From: an uncultured Clostridia bacterium
GTDB lineage: Bacteria > Bacillota > Clostridia > TANB77 > CAG-508
Length of the DNA stretch: 61,594 bases
Direction of reading: 5' to 3'
Assembly: GCA_944389395.1 (NCBI GenBank)
Contig: CALXME010000003.1
Coordinates: forward strand, 1-61,594
Shown: positions 51,150-61,440 of the stretch, in pieces
Numbering within the stretch: position 1 is the stretch's first letter
Layout of the letters: every line of letters starts with the position of its first letter
Made by a program: the position numbers and the translations under genes
The notes under the pieces: generated by a model
Database searches by the model: none
What the model was told of the DNA's origin: nothing
Seen by the model: the letters and a program-made list of their open reading frames with translations, nothing else

Positions 51150-52961
51150 TTATTTTCTATTTGCTCTTTCTCTTTCTTTACTATCCAAAATTTTCTTTCT
51201 CAATCTAATAGATTTTGGTGTTACTTCTACTAATTCATCATCTTGAATAAATTCAATTGCTTTTTCTAAAGACATTTGAATTGGTGGAACTAAACGTAAA
51301 GCATCATCTGAACCAGAAGCTCTTGTATTTGTTAAATGTTTTTCCTTACATACATTAATTGCTAAATCTTCTCCTCTAGAATTTAATCCAACAATCATAC
51401 CTTCATATACATCTACACCAGGTCCAATAAATAATTCACCTTTATCTTGTGCATTATATAATCCATATGTAACAGATTTTCCAGGTTCAAAAGCAACAAT
51501 AGTTCCTCTTACTCTAGCTTGAATATCTCCTTTATATGGCTCATAAGAATCAAAAATATGATTCATAGTTCCTTCTCCTTTTGTATCTGTTAAAAATTCT
51601 GTACGATATCCAATCAATCCTCTAGCTGGTATTTTAAATTCGATTTTAGTATGTCCTGCTTCTGCTGGTTCCATATTTACCATTTCTGCTTTTCTTCTAC
51701 CTAATTTTTCAATAACATTTCCAACACAGTCATCAGGTACATTTACAACTAATAATTCAATTGGCTCACATTTAACACCATCAATATCTTTAAATATAAC
51801 TTTTGGTCTAGATACTAAAAGTTCAAAACCTTCTCTTCTCATTGTTTCGATTAATACTGATAAGTGAAGTTCCCCTCTTCCTGAAACTTCAAATGCATCT
51901 GGGGAATCAGTTTCTTTTACTCTTAAAGATACATTTCTTTCTAATTCTTTAAATAATCTATCACGAATATGTCTAGAAGTAATAAATTGCCCTTCTTTTC
52001 CTGCAAATGGTCCATTATTTACACTAAATGTCATAGAAACTGTAGGTTCATCAATATCCACAAATGGTATTTTTTCTGGATGATTAAAGTCACAAATTGT
52101 ATCTCCAATATTAATATCATTAAGTCCTGCTAATTCTATAATATCTCCTGCTTTTCCCTCTTCTACTTCTACTTTATTTAATCCAACATGTGTATATACT
52201 TTTGCAATTCTTCCTTGTGTTATTTTATCTTCTTTTCCACAAATAGCAACAGGCATTCCAGTTTTAATAGAACCTCTTTCTACTCTTCCTACAGCAATTC
52301 TTCCTACATAATCGTCATAATCAATATTAGAAACTAGCATTTGTGCTGGCCCTTCTTCATCACATTTAGGTGCTTCAATGGTATTAACAATAGTTTCAAA
52401 TAAACAATTCAAATTGTCTGTTTCTTCTGACAAATCCATTTTTGCAATTCCATTTTTTGCTGATGCATAAACAACTGGAAAATCTAATTGTTCATCACTT
52501 GCATCTAATTCGATAAACAATTCTATTACTTGGTCTACTACTTTTTCTGGTGTAGCTCCTGGTCTATCTATTTTATTAATAACTACAATTGGTTTTAATC
52601 CTAATGCTAAAGATTTTTTTAAAACTTCTCTTGTTTGTGGCATAGCACCTTCAAAAGCATCTACTAAAAGTAAAACTCCATCTACTGTTTTTAAAACTCT
52701 TTCTACTTCTCCTCCAAAGTCAGCATGTCCAGGTGTATCTACAATATTAATTTTAATATCATGATACATAACAGATGTATTTTTAGATAAAATAGTAATT
52801 CCTCTTTCTTTTTCTAAGTCATTGGAATCCATAATTCTTTCTGCTACTTGCTCATTTTCTCTAAATACATGGCTTTGTTTAAGCATTGCATCAACTAAAG
52901 TTGTTTTTCCATGGTCTACGTGTGCGATTATTGCTATATTTCTAATATTTTTATTATTCAT
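51150..52961 (-). CDS. typA: Translational GTPase TypA/BipA
   Basis: [17 protein letters not shown] and NKIDR. 603 aa with EF-G-like domains. Confidence 0.95.
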   Translation of the reverse strand: MNNKNIRNIAIIAHVDHGKTTLVDAMLKQSHVFRENEQVAERIMDSNDLEKERGITILSKNTSVMYHDIKINIVDTPGHADFGGEVERVLKTVDGVLLLVDAFEGAMPQTREVLKKSLALGLKPIVVINKIDRPGATPEKVVDQVIELFIELDASDEQLDFPVVYASAKNGIAKMDLSEETDNLNCLFETIVNTIEAPKCDEEGPAQMLVSNIDYDDYVGRIAVGRVERGSIKTGMPVAICGKEDKITQGRIAKVYTHVGLNKVEVEEGKAGDIIELAGLNDINIGDTICDFNHPEKIPFVDIDEPTVSMTFSVNNGPFAGKEGQFITSRHIRDRLFKELERNVSLRVKETDSPDAFEVSGRGELHLSVLIETMRREGFELLVSRPKVIFKDIDGVKCEPIELLVVNVPDDCVGNVIEKLGRRKAEMVNMEPAEAGHTKIEFKIPARGLIGYRTEFLTDTKGEGTMNHIFDSYEPYKGDIQARVRGTIVAFEPGKSVTYGLYNAQDKGELFIGPGVDVYEGMIVGLNSRGEDLAINVCKEKHLTNTRASGSDDALRLVPPIQMSLEKAIEFIQDDELVEVTPKSIRLRKKILDSKERERANRK

Positions 52962-53059
52962 TTTTATTACCCCTTCTACTAAAGCTTTTTATCATTGAAA
53001 GTTGCCAAAAGCTTTATCTTTTGGCAATTTACTAACTTTAAAATTATACACCTTTTTAC

Positions 53060-53656
53060 TTATTTTGTCAAACTTATAATGTTTTCCATAATTTCATTTG
53101 TAATTTTGTCTAATACCTCTTTATCTTTGCTACCTTTGTATTGGCTATAATCTAAAGGTTTTCCATATGTAATAGTAATCTTATGATTTTCTTTTGTACC
53201 ACCTTTAATTCCACAAGGTACAACTTTAGCTCCGCTTCTTACTGCAAAAAAAGCTACTCCATCTTTTACTTTTTCTCCTTTTTCTAGTCCATTTCTAGTT
53301 CCTTCTGGGAATAAAGCAATACACTTTCCTTCTTTTAAATCTTTTAAAGACTGTTTTATAGCAAACAAATCTTTTTCATCTCTTTTAACAGGAATTGCTT
53401 CAAATGCCCACCCTAAAAAAGCTAAAAATTTATTTTTATAAAGTTCTTCTTTTGCTAAAAACTTCAAATCTCTTTTGGCTGTAACAACCATTAAAGGTGG
53501 GTCTAAATAAGACCTATGATTTCCACAAAAAATAAGGGCTCCTTCTTTTGGAATATTTTCTAATCCCTTAATTTCAGCTCCATAAAAAATTTTAAACCAA
53601 ATATAAATAGCTCCTCTTACAATCCATTTTATTATTTCTTTAATTGCTTTTTTCAT
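53060..53656 (-). CDS. plsC: 1-acyl-sn-glycerol-3-phosphate acyltransferase
   Basis: GNHRSYLDP (HX4D) and FPEGTR motifs. I prefer the ATG at 53656 after GAGGAG. Confidence 0.85.
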   Translation of the reverse strand: MKKAIKEIIKWIVRGAIYIWFKIFYGAEIKGLENIPKEGALIFCGNHRSYLDPPLMVVTAKRDLKFLAKEELYKNKFLAFLGWAFEAIPVKRDEKDLFAIKQSLKDLKEGKCIALFPEGTRNGLEKGEKVKDGVAFFAVRSGAKVVPCGIKGGTKENHKITITYGKPLDYSQYKGSKDKEVLDKITNEIMENIISLTK

Positions 53657-53691
53657 TTTCACAAACTCCTCATTTACTATTAATTTGTATC

Positions 53692-54375
53692 TCAATAGTT
53701 ATATATTAATATTTTGCAGACAAGACACCGTTTGATGATATCTGTTATTTTTTCTACTACTTCTTCTATCGACAAATTTGTAGAATCTAAATAAATAGCA
53801 TCATCTGCTTGTTTCAATGGTGCAATTTCTCTATTAGAATCTCTTTTATCTCTATCTATAATATTTTGTAATACTTCTTTATAGGATGAATCAATTCCTT
53901 TTTCTTGATTTTGTTTTAATCTTCTTTTTGCTCTTTCTTCTGGAGATGCATCTAAATATATTTTCACATCAGCATCAGGAAATACTACTGTTCCAATATC
54001 TCTGCCTTCCATCACTACATTTTTTCCTTCTGCAATTTTTCTTTGCACTTCTAATAATTTATCTCTTACTATTTTAATAACAGCAATCGGAGATACCAAT
54101 GCATTTACATCATTTTCTCTAATTCTATTAGTTACTATTTCACCATTTAATAAAATAGTTCCATCTGGTTTCATATTAATATCAATATGGTCTAAAAGTT
54201 CTCTTATTTTATCTTCCTCTTCTTTTTTTATATCTCTTTGAAGCATTGCTAACGCAATACAACGAAAAGTAGCTCCTGTATCTATATTAATAAATCCTAA
54301 CTTTTCAGATATCAACTTAGCAACTGTTCCTTTTCCACTTCCTGCTGGTCCATCAATCGCAACTACAAATGACAT
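53692..54375 (-). CDS. cmk: Cytidylate kinase; in-frame CGG 12 codons before the stop (alternative end 53706 if the C is skipped)
   Basis: IAIDGPAGSGKGT, and the rest of the Cmk fold. The 0-frame tail is RCLVCKILIYNY*; the +1 tail is GVLSAKY*. Confidence 0.9.
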   Translation of the reverse strand: MSFVVAIDGPAGSGKGTVAKLISEKLGFINIDTGATFRCIALAMLQRDIKKEEEDKIRELLDHIDINMKPDGTILLNGEIVTNRIRENDVNALVSPIAVIKIVRDKLLEVQRKIAEGKNVVMEGRDIGTVVFPDADVKIYLDASPEERAKRRLKQNQEKGIDSSYKEVLQNIIDRDKRDSNREIAPLKQADDAIYLDSTNLSIEEVVEKITDIIKRCLVCKILIYNY

Positions 54376-54398
54376 TTTAATTACTCCTTACTACTTTT

Positions 54399-55250
54399 TT
54401 AATTATTTGGTACATACATATTTTTAGCCACTACATCTAATTCAACCACATTCATTGCTGTTAATTTTTCAATTTCTTTCCTTGCTTTTTCTTTAAAAGT
54501 TCTTATTCCATCTACTACATTATATCCATACATAATGGTAACCTCTAGATATAATTTAGCTCCATCTCCATAATTTTCTACTCTTGTTTTTAAAATTTTA
54601 TAAATTGCTGGTGTTTGCGTTGCTAAATATTCTAAGATTTGTCTAAATACTAAATCTGAAATTGTAAAATTTCCTAGATAACTAAAAGTAGGTCTTATAA
54701 TAGATTTTTCTGAAATATATGGTTTTTGTCCTTTTCCTTTTGATTTAAATATTTGCAATGGGTCTAATAAATATCCTGAAAAATCTTTTTTGATTTGAAA
54801 AGTTGGTACTGGAATTACATGTTTTCCTTCTGTTACTCTAATTCTCCTTGCAGTTTCCATTTCCTGTTCTGTTGCAACATCTGTAATATATACTGTTTCT
54901 GATATTTCTGGTAATCCTAAATTTTCTGCAATCTTTTGCACCATTCCATCTGATGTACCTAATATTAGTATACTTTCTGGATTGTATCTCTTTATAGCCT
55001 TTATAATTTCTTCCTTTTCTTTTTCTTCATAAAATAATGCATGTTTTACTGTTGCAACTTTTGTAGAAGCTTTTTTTGCAGATTCCCCTGCTACAACTTC
55101 ATTATCTTTTATAAGTAAGCCGTCATCTATAATAAAATGTGTATTTTTTTCTCCTGCTACCATTTGAGCTCGATAGCTTTTCCCTGTTCCTGATGGTCCT
55201 ACAAAAGCATATACTTTCATTTTATTTCCAAATATTTCTTTTAGTAACAT
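54399..55250 (-). CDS. P-loop NTPase domain fused to an Asp23/Gls24-like C-terminal domain (function unknown)
   Basis: VGPSGTGKSY Walker A. The C-terminal LEVTIMYGYNVVDGIRTFKEKARKEIEKLTAMNVVELDVVAKNMYV resembles Asp23 family proteins. Confidence 0.55.
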   Translation of the reverse strand: MLLKEIFGNKMKVYAFVGPSGTGKSYRAQMVAGEKNTHFIIDDGLLIKDNEVVAGESAKKASTKVATVKHALFYEEKEKEEIIKAIKRYNPESILILGTSDGMVQKIAENLGLPEISETVYITDVATEQEMETARRIRVTEGKHVIPVPTFQIKKDFSGYLLDPLQIFKSKGKGQKPYISEKSIIRPTFSYLGNFTISDLVFRQILEYLATQTPAIYKILKTRVENYGDGAKLYLEVTIMYGYNVVDGIRTFKEKARKEIEKLTAMNVVELDVVAKNMYVPNN

Positions 55251-55292
55251 TTGTTTTTCTCCTTTTTTATTCCAATTCTAGTACATTTGTAT

Positions 55293-56441
55293 CTATTGTT
55301 CGTAATTTTCAAAGCTTAAAACTGGATAAGTAAATTCCTTTCCTCCATCTGTAAATGTACTACTTGGAGTATGGTCTTTTGATATTTCATTAGAACCTTT
55401 TAAAAAATATTGATATTTATAAGCTCCATTAAGTGTTCCATTTCCAATAATAACAGGATCATCCCATGTTGCATCAATAGCATACCATTTTCCATCAACT
55501 TGTACATAATTCCAAGCATGATTTTCTGTCTGCCCTTCAGAATTTGTTCCTTTTCCTATTACAATAGTACATGGTATATCAAGACTATCTAATAAATATT
55601 TCATACTTCTTGCATAACCTTCGCAAACGCAAAGTTTTTCTACTAATGCACCATAAATATTATAAATATAAGGTCTAGATAGACTGGAATCATAACTAAT
55701 TGTATCAACTAAATAATCATGAACCATTTTTATATCTTGGTAGGTATTTCCTGTTGCATTTTGTAATATTTGATTTCTTACTTGTTCTATTTGTGCTATA
55801 GCGCTTTCTACTTGCTCTTTAGAGGTAAATTCATCTGTTAAATAATTTGCTTCACTTCCGCTATTAATATAAACACGATAAGTTACAGAATTTCCTCTTG
55901 TAGTAGTTTCTATATTAAGAAACATTTTATTAGGACTTAAATAAAATACTTCTGGATTATCATAAGTATATGCCTCAATAGCTGATTGATAATATTTTCC
56001 TAATAGCTCTTGTCCGTTTTCTTGTGACAATAAAGTAGAAAAACTATCTCCTAATTCGATTTGTTTTGTTCCAGATTTCATTTCTTCTTTATTGGTTTCA
56101 AATGCTTTATAAATGGTTTTTGAATATTCTTCTAATTGATTATAAAAATGTTTATTCACATTCACATTACTATAATCTACATTTGTATTTGCATCTGGTG
56201 TTTGTGTCAGTTTATCTAATGGATTTTCTACAATTTTCGGAACTTCAATATTATCTTCTAATGTTTTATTTTGACTTGCAACATAATTTTCGTTTTCTTC
56301 CCATTGCATTGGTTCTGTTGCTGTTTCTATATTGAATTGTTTAGTAATTTCTTCAAATGCGATTATTCCGAAAATAATAAGAACTCCAATAATTCCTAAA
56401 ATAACAAATGCTATAATAACTGTTGTAAGTTTATCTCTCAT
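55293..56441 (-). CDS. Membrane-anchored transglutaminase-like (cysteine protease fold) protein
   Basis: N-terminal TM, then CEGYARSMKYLLDSLDIPC...HAWNYVQVDGKWYAIDATWDD (Cys-His-Asp core). Confidence 0.8.
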   Translation of the reverse strand: MRDKLTTVIIAFVILGIIGVLIIFGIIAFEEITKQFNIETATEPMQWEENENYVASQNKTLEDNIEVPKIVENPLDKLTQTPDANTNVDYSNVNVNKHFYNQLEEYSKTIYKAFETNKEEMKSGTKQIELGDSFSTLLSQENGQELLGKYYQSAIEAYTYDNPEVFYLSPNKMFLNIETTTRGNSVTYRVYINSGSEANYLTDEFTSKEQVESAIAQIEQVRNQILQNATGNTYQDIKMVHDYLVDTISYDSSLSRPYIYNIYGALVEKLCVCEGYARSMKYLLDSLDIPCTIVIGKGTNSEGQTENHAWNYVQVDGKWYAIDATWDDPVIIGNGTLNGAYKYQYFLKGSNEISKDHTPSSTFTDGGKEFTYPVLSFENYEQ

Positions 56442-56674
56442 TATTTTTTTGTATGATATATTTATAACTTAAATACATCACACACTCCTTCCTTCATTTT
56501 TCCATGCTCTAATTATAACATTTTCTTGTTATAAAAACTAGTATTTTTTATAAAAAGCAGTCTTTATTTAAATGGTAATTTTTTGAATTTGTCCCCTGTT
56601 TTCGACAAACTTTTTATTTTTTTGTGTTATAATAAACTTCTAGACCGCAAAAGACAAAGAAAAGAGGTGTTATT

Positions 56675-56809
56675 TTGGAAAAATTAGGTACAATTACTGT
56701 ATCTGTCTATAAAAATGCAGAAAACGTTACCGATTTTTGTATCGAAACAGATAATGACAATGTTTTACCTGTTTCTTATGTTATTGAAGATACTTTAAAA
56801 CTTTATTAG
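56675..56809 (+). CDS. Small hypothetical protein (44 aa, TTG start)
   Basis: SD AAGAGGTG, then TTG. The product is MEKLGTITVSVYKNAENVTDFCIETDNDNVLPVSYVIEDTLKLY, followed by hairpin TAGACTAAC-TTTTTT-GTTAGTCT. An extended -10 (TGTTATAAT, at 56625-56633) lies about 40 nt upstream of the TTG start. Confidence 0.4.
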   Translation: MEKLGTITVSVYKNAENVTDFCIETDNDNVLPVSYVIEDTLKLY

Positions 56810-56903
56810 ACTAACTTTTTTGTTAGTCTTTAAATTTATCTTTTAAAAATAAGAACCTGACCTAACACATCAATCACAAATTATAGAACTTTTCAATATA
56901 TAA

Positions 56904-58829
56904 CTATATTTCCATAATAATTGGTATTATCATAGGATTTCTCTTTGTTTTCATAAAAATATAATCTCTTAAATTCTCACGAGTAACAGATTTAATAGTA
57001 CCCCAATCACGAATTCCTCTTTGTTCACATTTTTTTATTTCATGCCTTACAACAGATTTTACATCATCCATTAAATTCTCAGATTCTCTTACATATACAA
57101 ATCCTCTAGAAATAACATCAGGTCCTGCAACGACTTCTCCGGTAGAAGAATCCATTGTTAATACAATTATAATTAATCCGTCTTGTGATAAATGTTGTCT
57201 ATCTCTTAAAACAATATTTCCTACATCTCCAACACCTAATCCATCTACTAAGATTCTTCCTGATGGTACTGTTCCTGTAAACTGAGCTTGTTCTTCATCT
57301 ATTTCTAAAATTCTACCATTAGACATCATAATAATATTATCTTTATCTATTCCCATACTTTGAGCTGTTTCACTATGTGCAATTAATTGTCTGTATTCTC
57401 CGTGAACTGGAATAAAATATTTTGGTTTTGCTAAAGCAATAATCAATTTTTGCTCTTCTTGACAAGCATGTCCTGAAACATGAATAGCTTCTAAAGAACT
57501 GTATACAACTTCTGCTCCGATTTGCATTAAGTCATCAATAACTTTAGATACAAATTTTTCATTTCCTGGAATTGGAGTTGCAGATATAATTACTAAATCA
57601 TTTGGTGTAATTTTTACTTTTCTATGATCTCCTGCAGCCATTCTAGTTAGTGCTGACATTGGTTCACCTTGGCTTCCAGTTGTAATAATGACTAACTGCT
57701 CATCTGTATAATTATTTATCATATCAATATCAATAAATATGTCTTTTGGACATTCTATATATCCTAACTCTCTTGCTGTTTCTATCATATTTATCATACT
57801 TCTACCACATACTGCAATTTTTCTATGATATTTAATAGCAGAATTTACAATTTGTTGTACACGGTGTACATTAGACGCAAATGTTGCAACTACAATCCTT
57901 TTAGTACAATGTAAAAACAGCTTATCAAAAACTTCTCCTACAGAACTCTCTGACATTGTAAATCCTTTTCTCTCCGCATTTGTACTATCTGACATTAGTG
58001 CTAAAATTCCTTGATTTCCAAGTTCTGCAATTCTTCCAAAGTTCATCAACTTTCCATCTATAGGTGTATAATCTACTTTAAAATCTCCTGTATGAAGTAC
58101 TGTTCCTGCTGGTGTTGTAATAGCTAACATAACAGAGTCTGGTATGCTATGTGAACTTCTAATAAATTCTACTGTAAAATTTTTTCCTAGTTTTATTGTT
58201 TGACCTTGCATAACTTCATTCAATTCTGTGCTTTTTAAAAGATGATGCTCTTCTAATTTATTTCTAATCAATCCTGAAGCTAATCTAGTCGCATAAATTG
58301 GAATGTTAATTTTTTTCAATAAATATGGCACTGCTCCAATGTGATCTTCGTGTCCATGTGTAATAACAAGACCTTTTATTTTTTCTACATTTTTTTCTAA
58401 GTAACTAATATCTGGTATTACCAAATCTATTCCTAACATATCATCTTCTGGAAAAGATAATCCGCAATCTACTACTATTATTTCATTTTCATACTCAAAT
58501 ACAGTAATGTTTTTCCCGATTTCATGTAAACCTCCTAATGGTATTATCTTTAATTTTGATTTTTTAAAAATAGAAGATTTGTCTTTTACTTTTGTTGTTT
58601 GTTTAGTAGTCCTATTAGTTCTTGAACTTCTAGTTCTAGTATTTTTTGCTAAATTCTCAGTTTCTTTTTTTTCTAATAAACTAGGTTTTTCTTCTTCTTT
58701 AAATGTCTTTTCTTTTTTAGTTGCTACTCTTCTTTGATATGGTTTTCTAGTAGTCCTTTTGCTTTTTCCTCCTTCTTTTGTTATATTTTGTAAGTTTTCG
58801 CTATTGTTTTTTAAGTTTTCTTCTGTCAT
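56904..58829 (-). CDS. rnjA: Ribonuclease J with a roughly 90-aa Lys/Arg/Thr-rich N-terminal extension
   Basis: The metallo-beta-lactamase/beta-CASP core starts at KLKIIPLGGLHEIGKN. HGHEDHIG motif. 641 aa. Confidence 0.9.
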   Translation of the reverse strand: MTEENLKNNSENLQNITKEGGKSKRTTRKPYQRRVATKKEKTFKEEEKPSLLEKKETENLAKNTRTRSSRTNRTTKQTTKVKDKSSIFKKSKLKIIPLGGLHEIGKNITVFEYENEIIVVDCGLSFPEDDMLGIDLVIPDISYLEKNVEKIKGLVITHGHEDHIGAVPYLLKKINIPIYATRLASGLIRNKLEEHHLLKSTELNEVMQGQTIKLGKNFTVEFIRSSHSIPDSVMLAITTPAGTVLHTGDFKVDYTPIDGKLMNFGRIAELGNQGILALMSDSTNAERKGFTMSESSVGEVFDKLFLHCTKRIVVATFASNVHRVQQIVNSAIKYHRKIAVCGRSMINMIETARELGYIECPKDIFIDIDMINNYTDEQLVIITTGSQGEPMSALTRMAAGDHRKVKITPNDLVIISATPIPGNEKFVSKVIDDLMQIGAEVVYSSLEAIHVSGHACQEEQKLIIALAKPKYFIPVHGEYRQLIAHSETAQSMGIDKDNIIMMSNGRILEIDEEQAQFTGTVPSGRILVDGLGVGDVGNIVLRDRQHLSQDGLIIIVLTMDSSTGEVVAGPDVISRGFVYVRESENLMDDVKSVVRHEIKKCEQRGIRDWGTIKSVTRENLRDYIFMKTKRNPMIIPIIMEI

Positions 58830-58886
58830 AAATTCTCCTCTCTTTTCTTTATATTTTTTATTTCTAAAAACCTTTTTTTCAATGCT

Positions 58887-58914
58887 AAAAAAATTAGTTT
58901 ACTTTCTAAACTAA
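58887..58914 (-). terminator. Intrinsic terminator/attenuator inside the rnjA leader
   Basis: The minus strand reads TTAGTTTA-GAAAG-TAAACTAA followed by TTTTTTT, about 58 nt upstream of the rnjA ATG. Confidence 0.6.
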
Positions 58915-59111
58915 TCTTGACCAATATGTAATATAAAGTTTATTGAAACATGAGTTTTTTCTCTCTTTTACTCATTATTTATAAACTTTTTCTATTAATT
59001 CCGATCAATCTTATTTTTTCCCGTTCTCTCTTTTTTCATACATCTTTTTTATTTTTAGGTTTTTATATATAAAATCTCTTTTTTAGCATTTTTTGCTAAT
59101 CACTGTTTTGT

Positions 59112-59140
59112 ATTATACTATAATTTTAAAAAATTGTCAA
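59112..59140 (-). promoter_or_regulatory. Consensus sigma-A promoter facing rnjA
   Basis: The minus strand reads TTGACA (59140-59135), a 17-nt spacer, then TATAAT (59117-59112). Confidence 0.7.
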
Positions 59141-59225
59141 ATATATTATGTACACTTCGCTTTTTCATAAAAAGTCAATTTAATTGAAAATTTTAAAAAA
59201 ACAAGCAGACACTATAGCTTAAAGT

Positions 59226-59261
59226 AAAGAAGGAAATTAAAAATCCTTAATTTCCTTCTTT
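59226..59261 (-). terminator. Perfect 15-bp hairpin after a 24-codon ORF
   Basis: AAAGAAGGAAATTAA-6 nt-TTAATTTCCTTCTTT. Confidence 0.5.
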
Positions 59262-59270
59262 AATAAATTA

Positions 59271-59345
59271 CTATAACACATTCTTGTAGTCATATAACTC
59301 ATTATGAATTAGTTTTACATTTTTTACTATATTTACTATTCCCAT
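59271..59345 (-). CDS. Possible 24-aa peptide gene
   Basis: SD TAGGAG, 6 nt, ATG. The product is MGIVNIVKNVKLIHNELYDYKNVL*, followed 10 nt later by the 15-bp hairpin. Confidence 0.25.
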   Translation of the reverse strand: MGIVNIVKNVKLIHNELYDYKNVL

Positions 59346-59569
59346 TAAAAACTCCTATATCAAACTTTTCCCAGAAGTCCAAAGGACCTTCTGGGAGTTT
59401 GAACCTCTACTTAATTTGTTATCTGTCCATACTCTAAATCTTCCCCTGAATAACTATTAGGTATTGAAGTAGTCCATCTTTCTTCTGTTCCACTCTCATT
59501 TATGGTTAAATCATTTACATGAGGTTTACTATATTTTCAATTTTATTTCTATTATTATTCATTTATACC

Positions 59570-61440
59570 ATTGCGAGGAACGAAGTAAGTAAGCCTGAGG
59601 AACTTCCCCTCAAGCTCCTCTCAGAACCGTGCTTGACAGTCTCCCATCACACGGCTCCCAGTTATCTTGCCGTTGGTGTTGCTCCAAACTTCCAGTGTGC
59701 AAATATATTTGAGTTTTCTTTTGCTATTTTATCTAACCATTTTGTAGCTCTTTTCCTAGAATTCTTATTTCTATACTTTCTTCTTACCCATTTAATTAAA
59801 CATCTATTTATGTATCTTAGTATATTGTATATAGCTGTTTTATAATATTGTGAGTAATAGTTTATCCATCCCTGTATTTGTGGATTTATTTTCTCTCCTA
59901 TTTCTTTGAGATTTTTGCTCGTTTTATCTTGTAATCTCCAACCTCTGATTATTTTCCTTATTTCTTTTTGCGCTTTATCGCTCATTGCTGGTAGGAAACT
60001 TACAAATAACTCTCCTGTTTTCTTTCTTGCAATTCTTTTCCTAAATGTATATCCTAGAAAGTCAAATGATGTATTCTCATAATTTCCTTTTCTATTATCA
60101 TCTTGGCAATATACTATCTTAGTTTTATCCAAATTTAATTCTAAACCAAATAATTTAAATCTTTTATCTAAAACTTTAATTATATATTTTGCTTGTTTAA
60201 TTGATACACAATTTAAAGCTCCATCATCTGCATATCTTACCCATGGTATATTAGGAAACTCTTTGCTCATAAAATCATCAAATACATAGTGCATGAATAA
60301 ATTTGCTAATACTGGACTTATTACTCCTCCTTGTGGTGTTCCTGCTGGTCTTTCAACTATTGTTCCATCTTGCATTTTAAATGGTGTTTTTAGCCATCTT
60401 TCTATGTACAGAACTATCCATTGCTCATTCGTATGTCTTTTGACCATTTCAATTAGATAATCGTGTCTTATATTATCAAATAGTCCTTTGATATCAAAAT
60501 CAACTACCCAATCTTTTCTCCAACATCTTTCTCGTAATACTCCTATTGCTTGTATTGCTGATTTATTTGGTCTATATCCATATGAATCTTCATGAAATAT
60601 TTTCTCTACATTTGGCTCGAGATATATCTTTACTACCATTTGTGCTATTCTTGTCCTCAACCGTTGGTATACCTAAAATTCTAGTTCCACCATTTTTCTT
60701 TGGTATTGCTACCGCTTTTACTGGTTTTGGAAAATATGTTCCTGATGACATTCTGTTCCATATTTTGTATAGATTATTTTTCAAATCTAATTCAAAATCT
60801 GATATACTTTGTTCATCTATCCCATATGTTCCTTTATTAGCTTTTACTCTCTCAAATGCTATTTTAACTGCTTGTTTTGCAATTTCGAACGGTTTTGTTT
60901 CCTTCCATAAGTTCCTCCTATTTCTAGTTGACTTATTTATACAAACTGATAACTCCAAGCCCTTTGCTCCATTCCCATTACAAGAACTTCTTCACTACTA
61001 CGGCTTGGTCTGCCCCTATGACTACATTAGTACTCTTATCTTGTAGTTTCTGCTACTTGATATACTCCCTTAACATTAGCCCGTAGGTTCTCATGTTCCG
61101 TATAAATGCCCATATTATGTTCATGCCACCTTTGTACCGTCCACCATCTAACCAGTAATCAGGTTTCCGCTAGACTTTGTCTCAAAGCAAATCGCCATAC
61201 TTTGATTTTGATGAAGTCTTGTACTTTTCGATACTTTCGTAAGTGGTTCATTTGGTCTTTCATCTCCATAATACACACCTGACAACTCCTGTTGCCTTTT
61301 CTCTAATGCTCAATACCATATCTTTTGAATACAGCACCTTAGAGTGGTTTGCAGGCTTCACCTGAATGACGCCTGCGGTAGGTCTGCTACCATCATTTAT
61401 ACAGTTACAAAAGTCTTTCGACTTTTTCGTGACACACGCA
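59570..61440 (-). mobile_element. Bacterial group II intron (ends approximate)
   Basis: Domain V GAGCCGTGTGATGGGAGACTGTCAAGCACGGTTC lies at 59657-59624 (34 nt, consensus-like). A domain VI-like stem follows. The RT/maturase ORF sits in domain IV. The 5' region ...TTGCGTGTGTCACGAAAAAGTCGAAAGAC is near 61440. The whole region is locally GC-rich and structured. Confidence 0.8.
59662..60908 (-). pseudogene. Group II intron reverse transcriptase/maturase, frame-shifted
   Basis: The RT motifs are split over two ORFs: KPVKAVAIPKKNGGTRILGIPTVED | RIAQMVVKIYLEPNVEKIFHEDSYGYRPNKSA...VRYADDGAL...maturase. There is one extra A near 60651 (GAC-A-AG-AAT). The SD-proximal ATG at 60908 is also one base out of frame with KETKPFEIAKQ. 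Confidence 0.85.

Noticed and set aside
59371-59396. Hairpin CCCAGAAGTCC-AAA-GGACCTTCTGGG as a terminator or group IIC intron target
   Set aside because: It has no adjacent U-tract on either strand, and it lies about 170 nt from the intron 3' end, so it is not positioned like a IIC insertion site.
60546-61046. 166-aa plus-strand ORF
   Set aside because: It is antisense to the group II intron RT and domain IV and has no coding signature.
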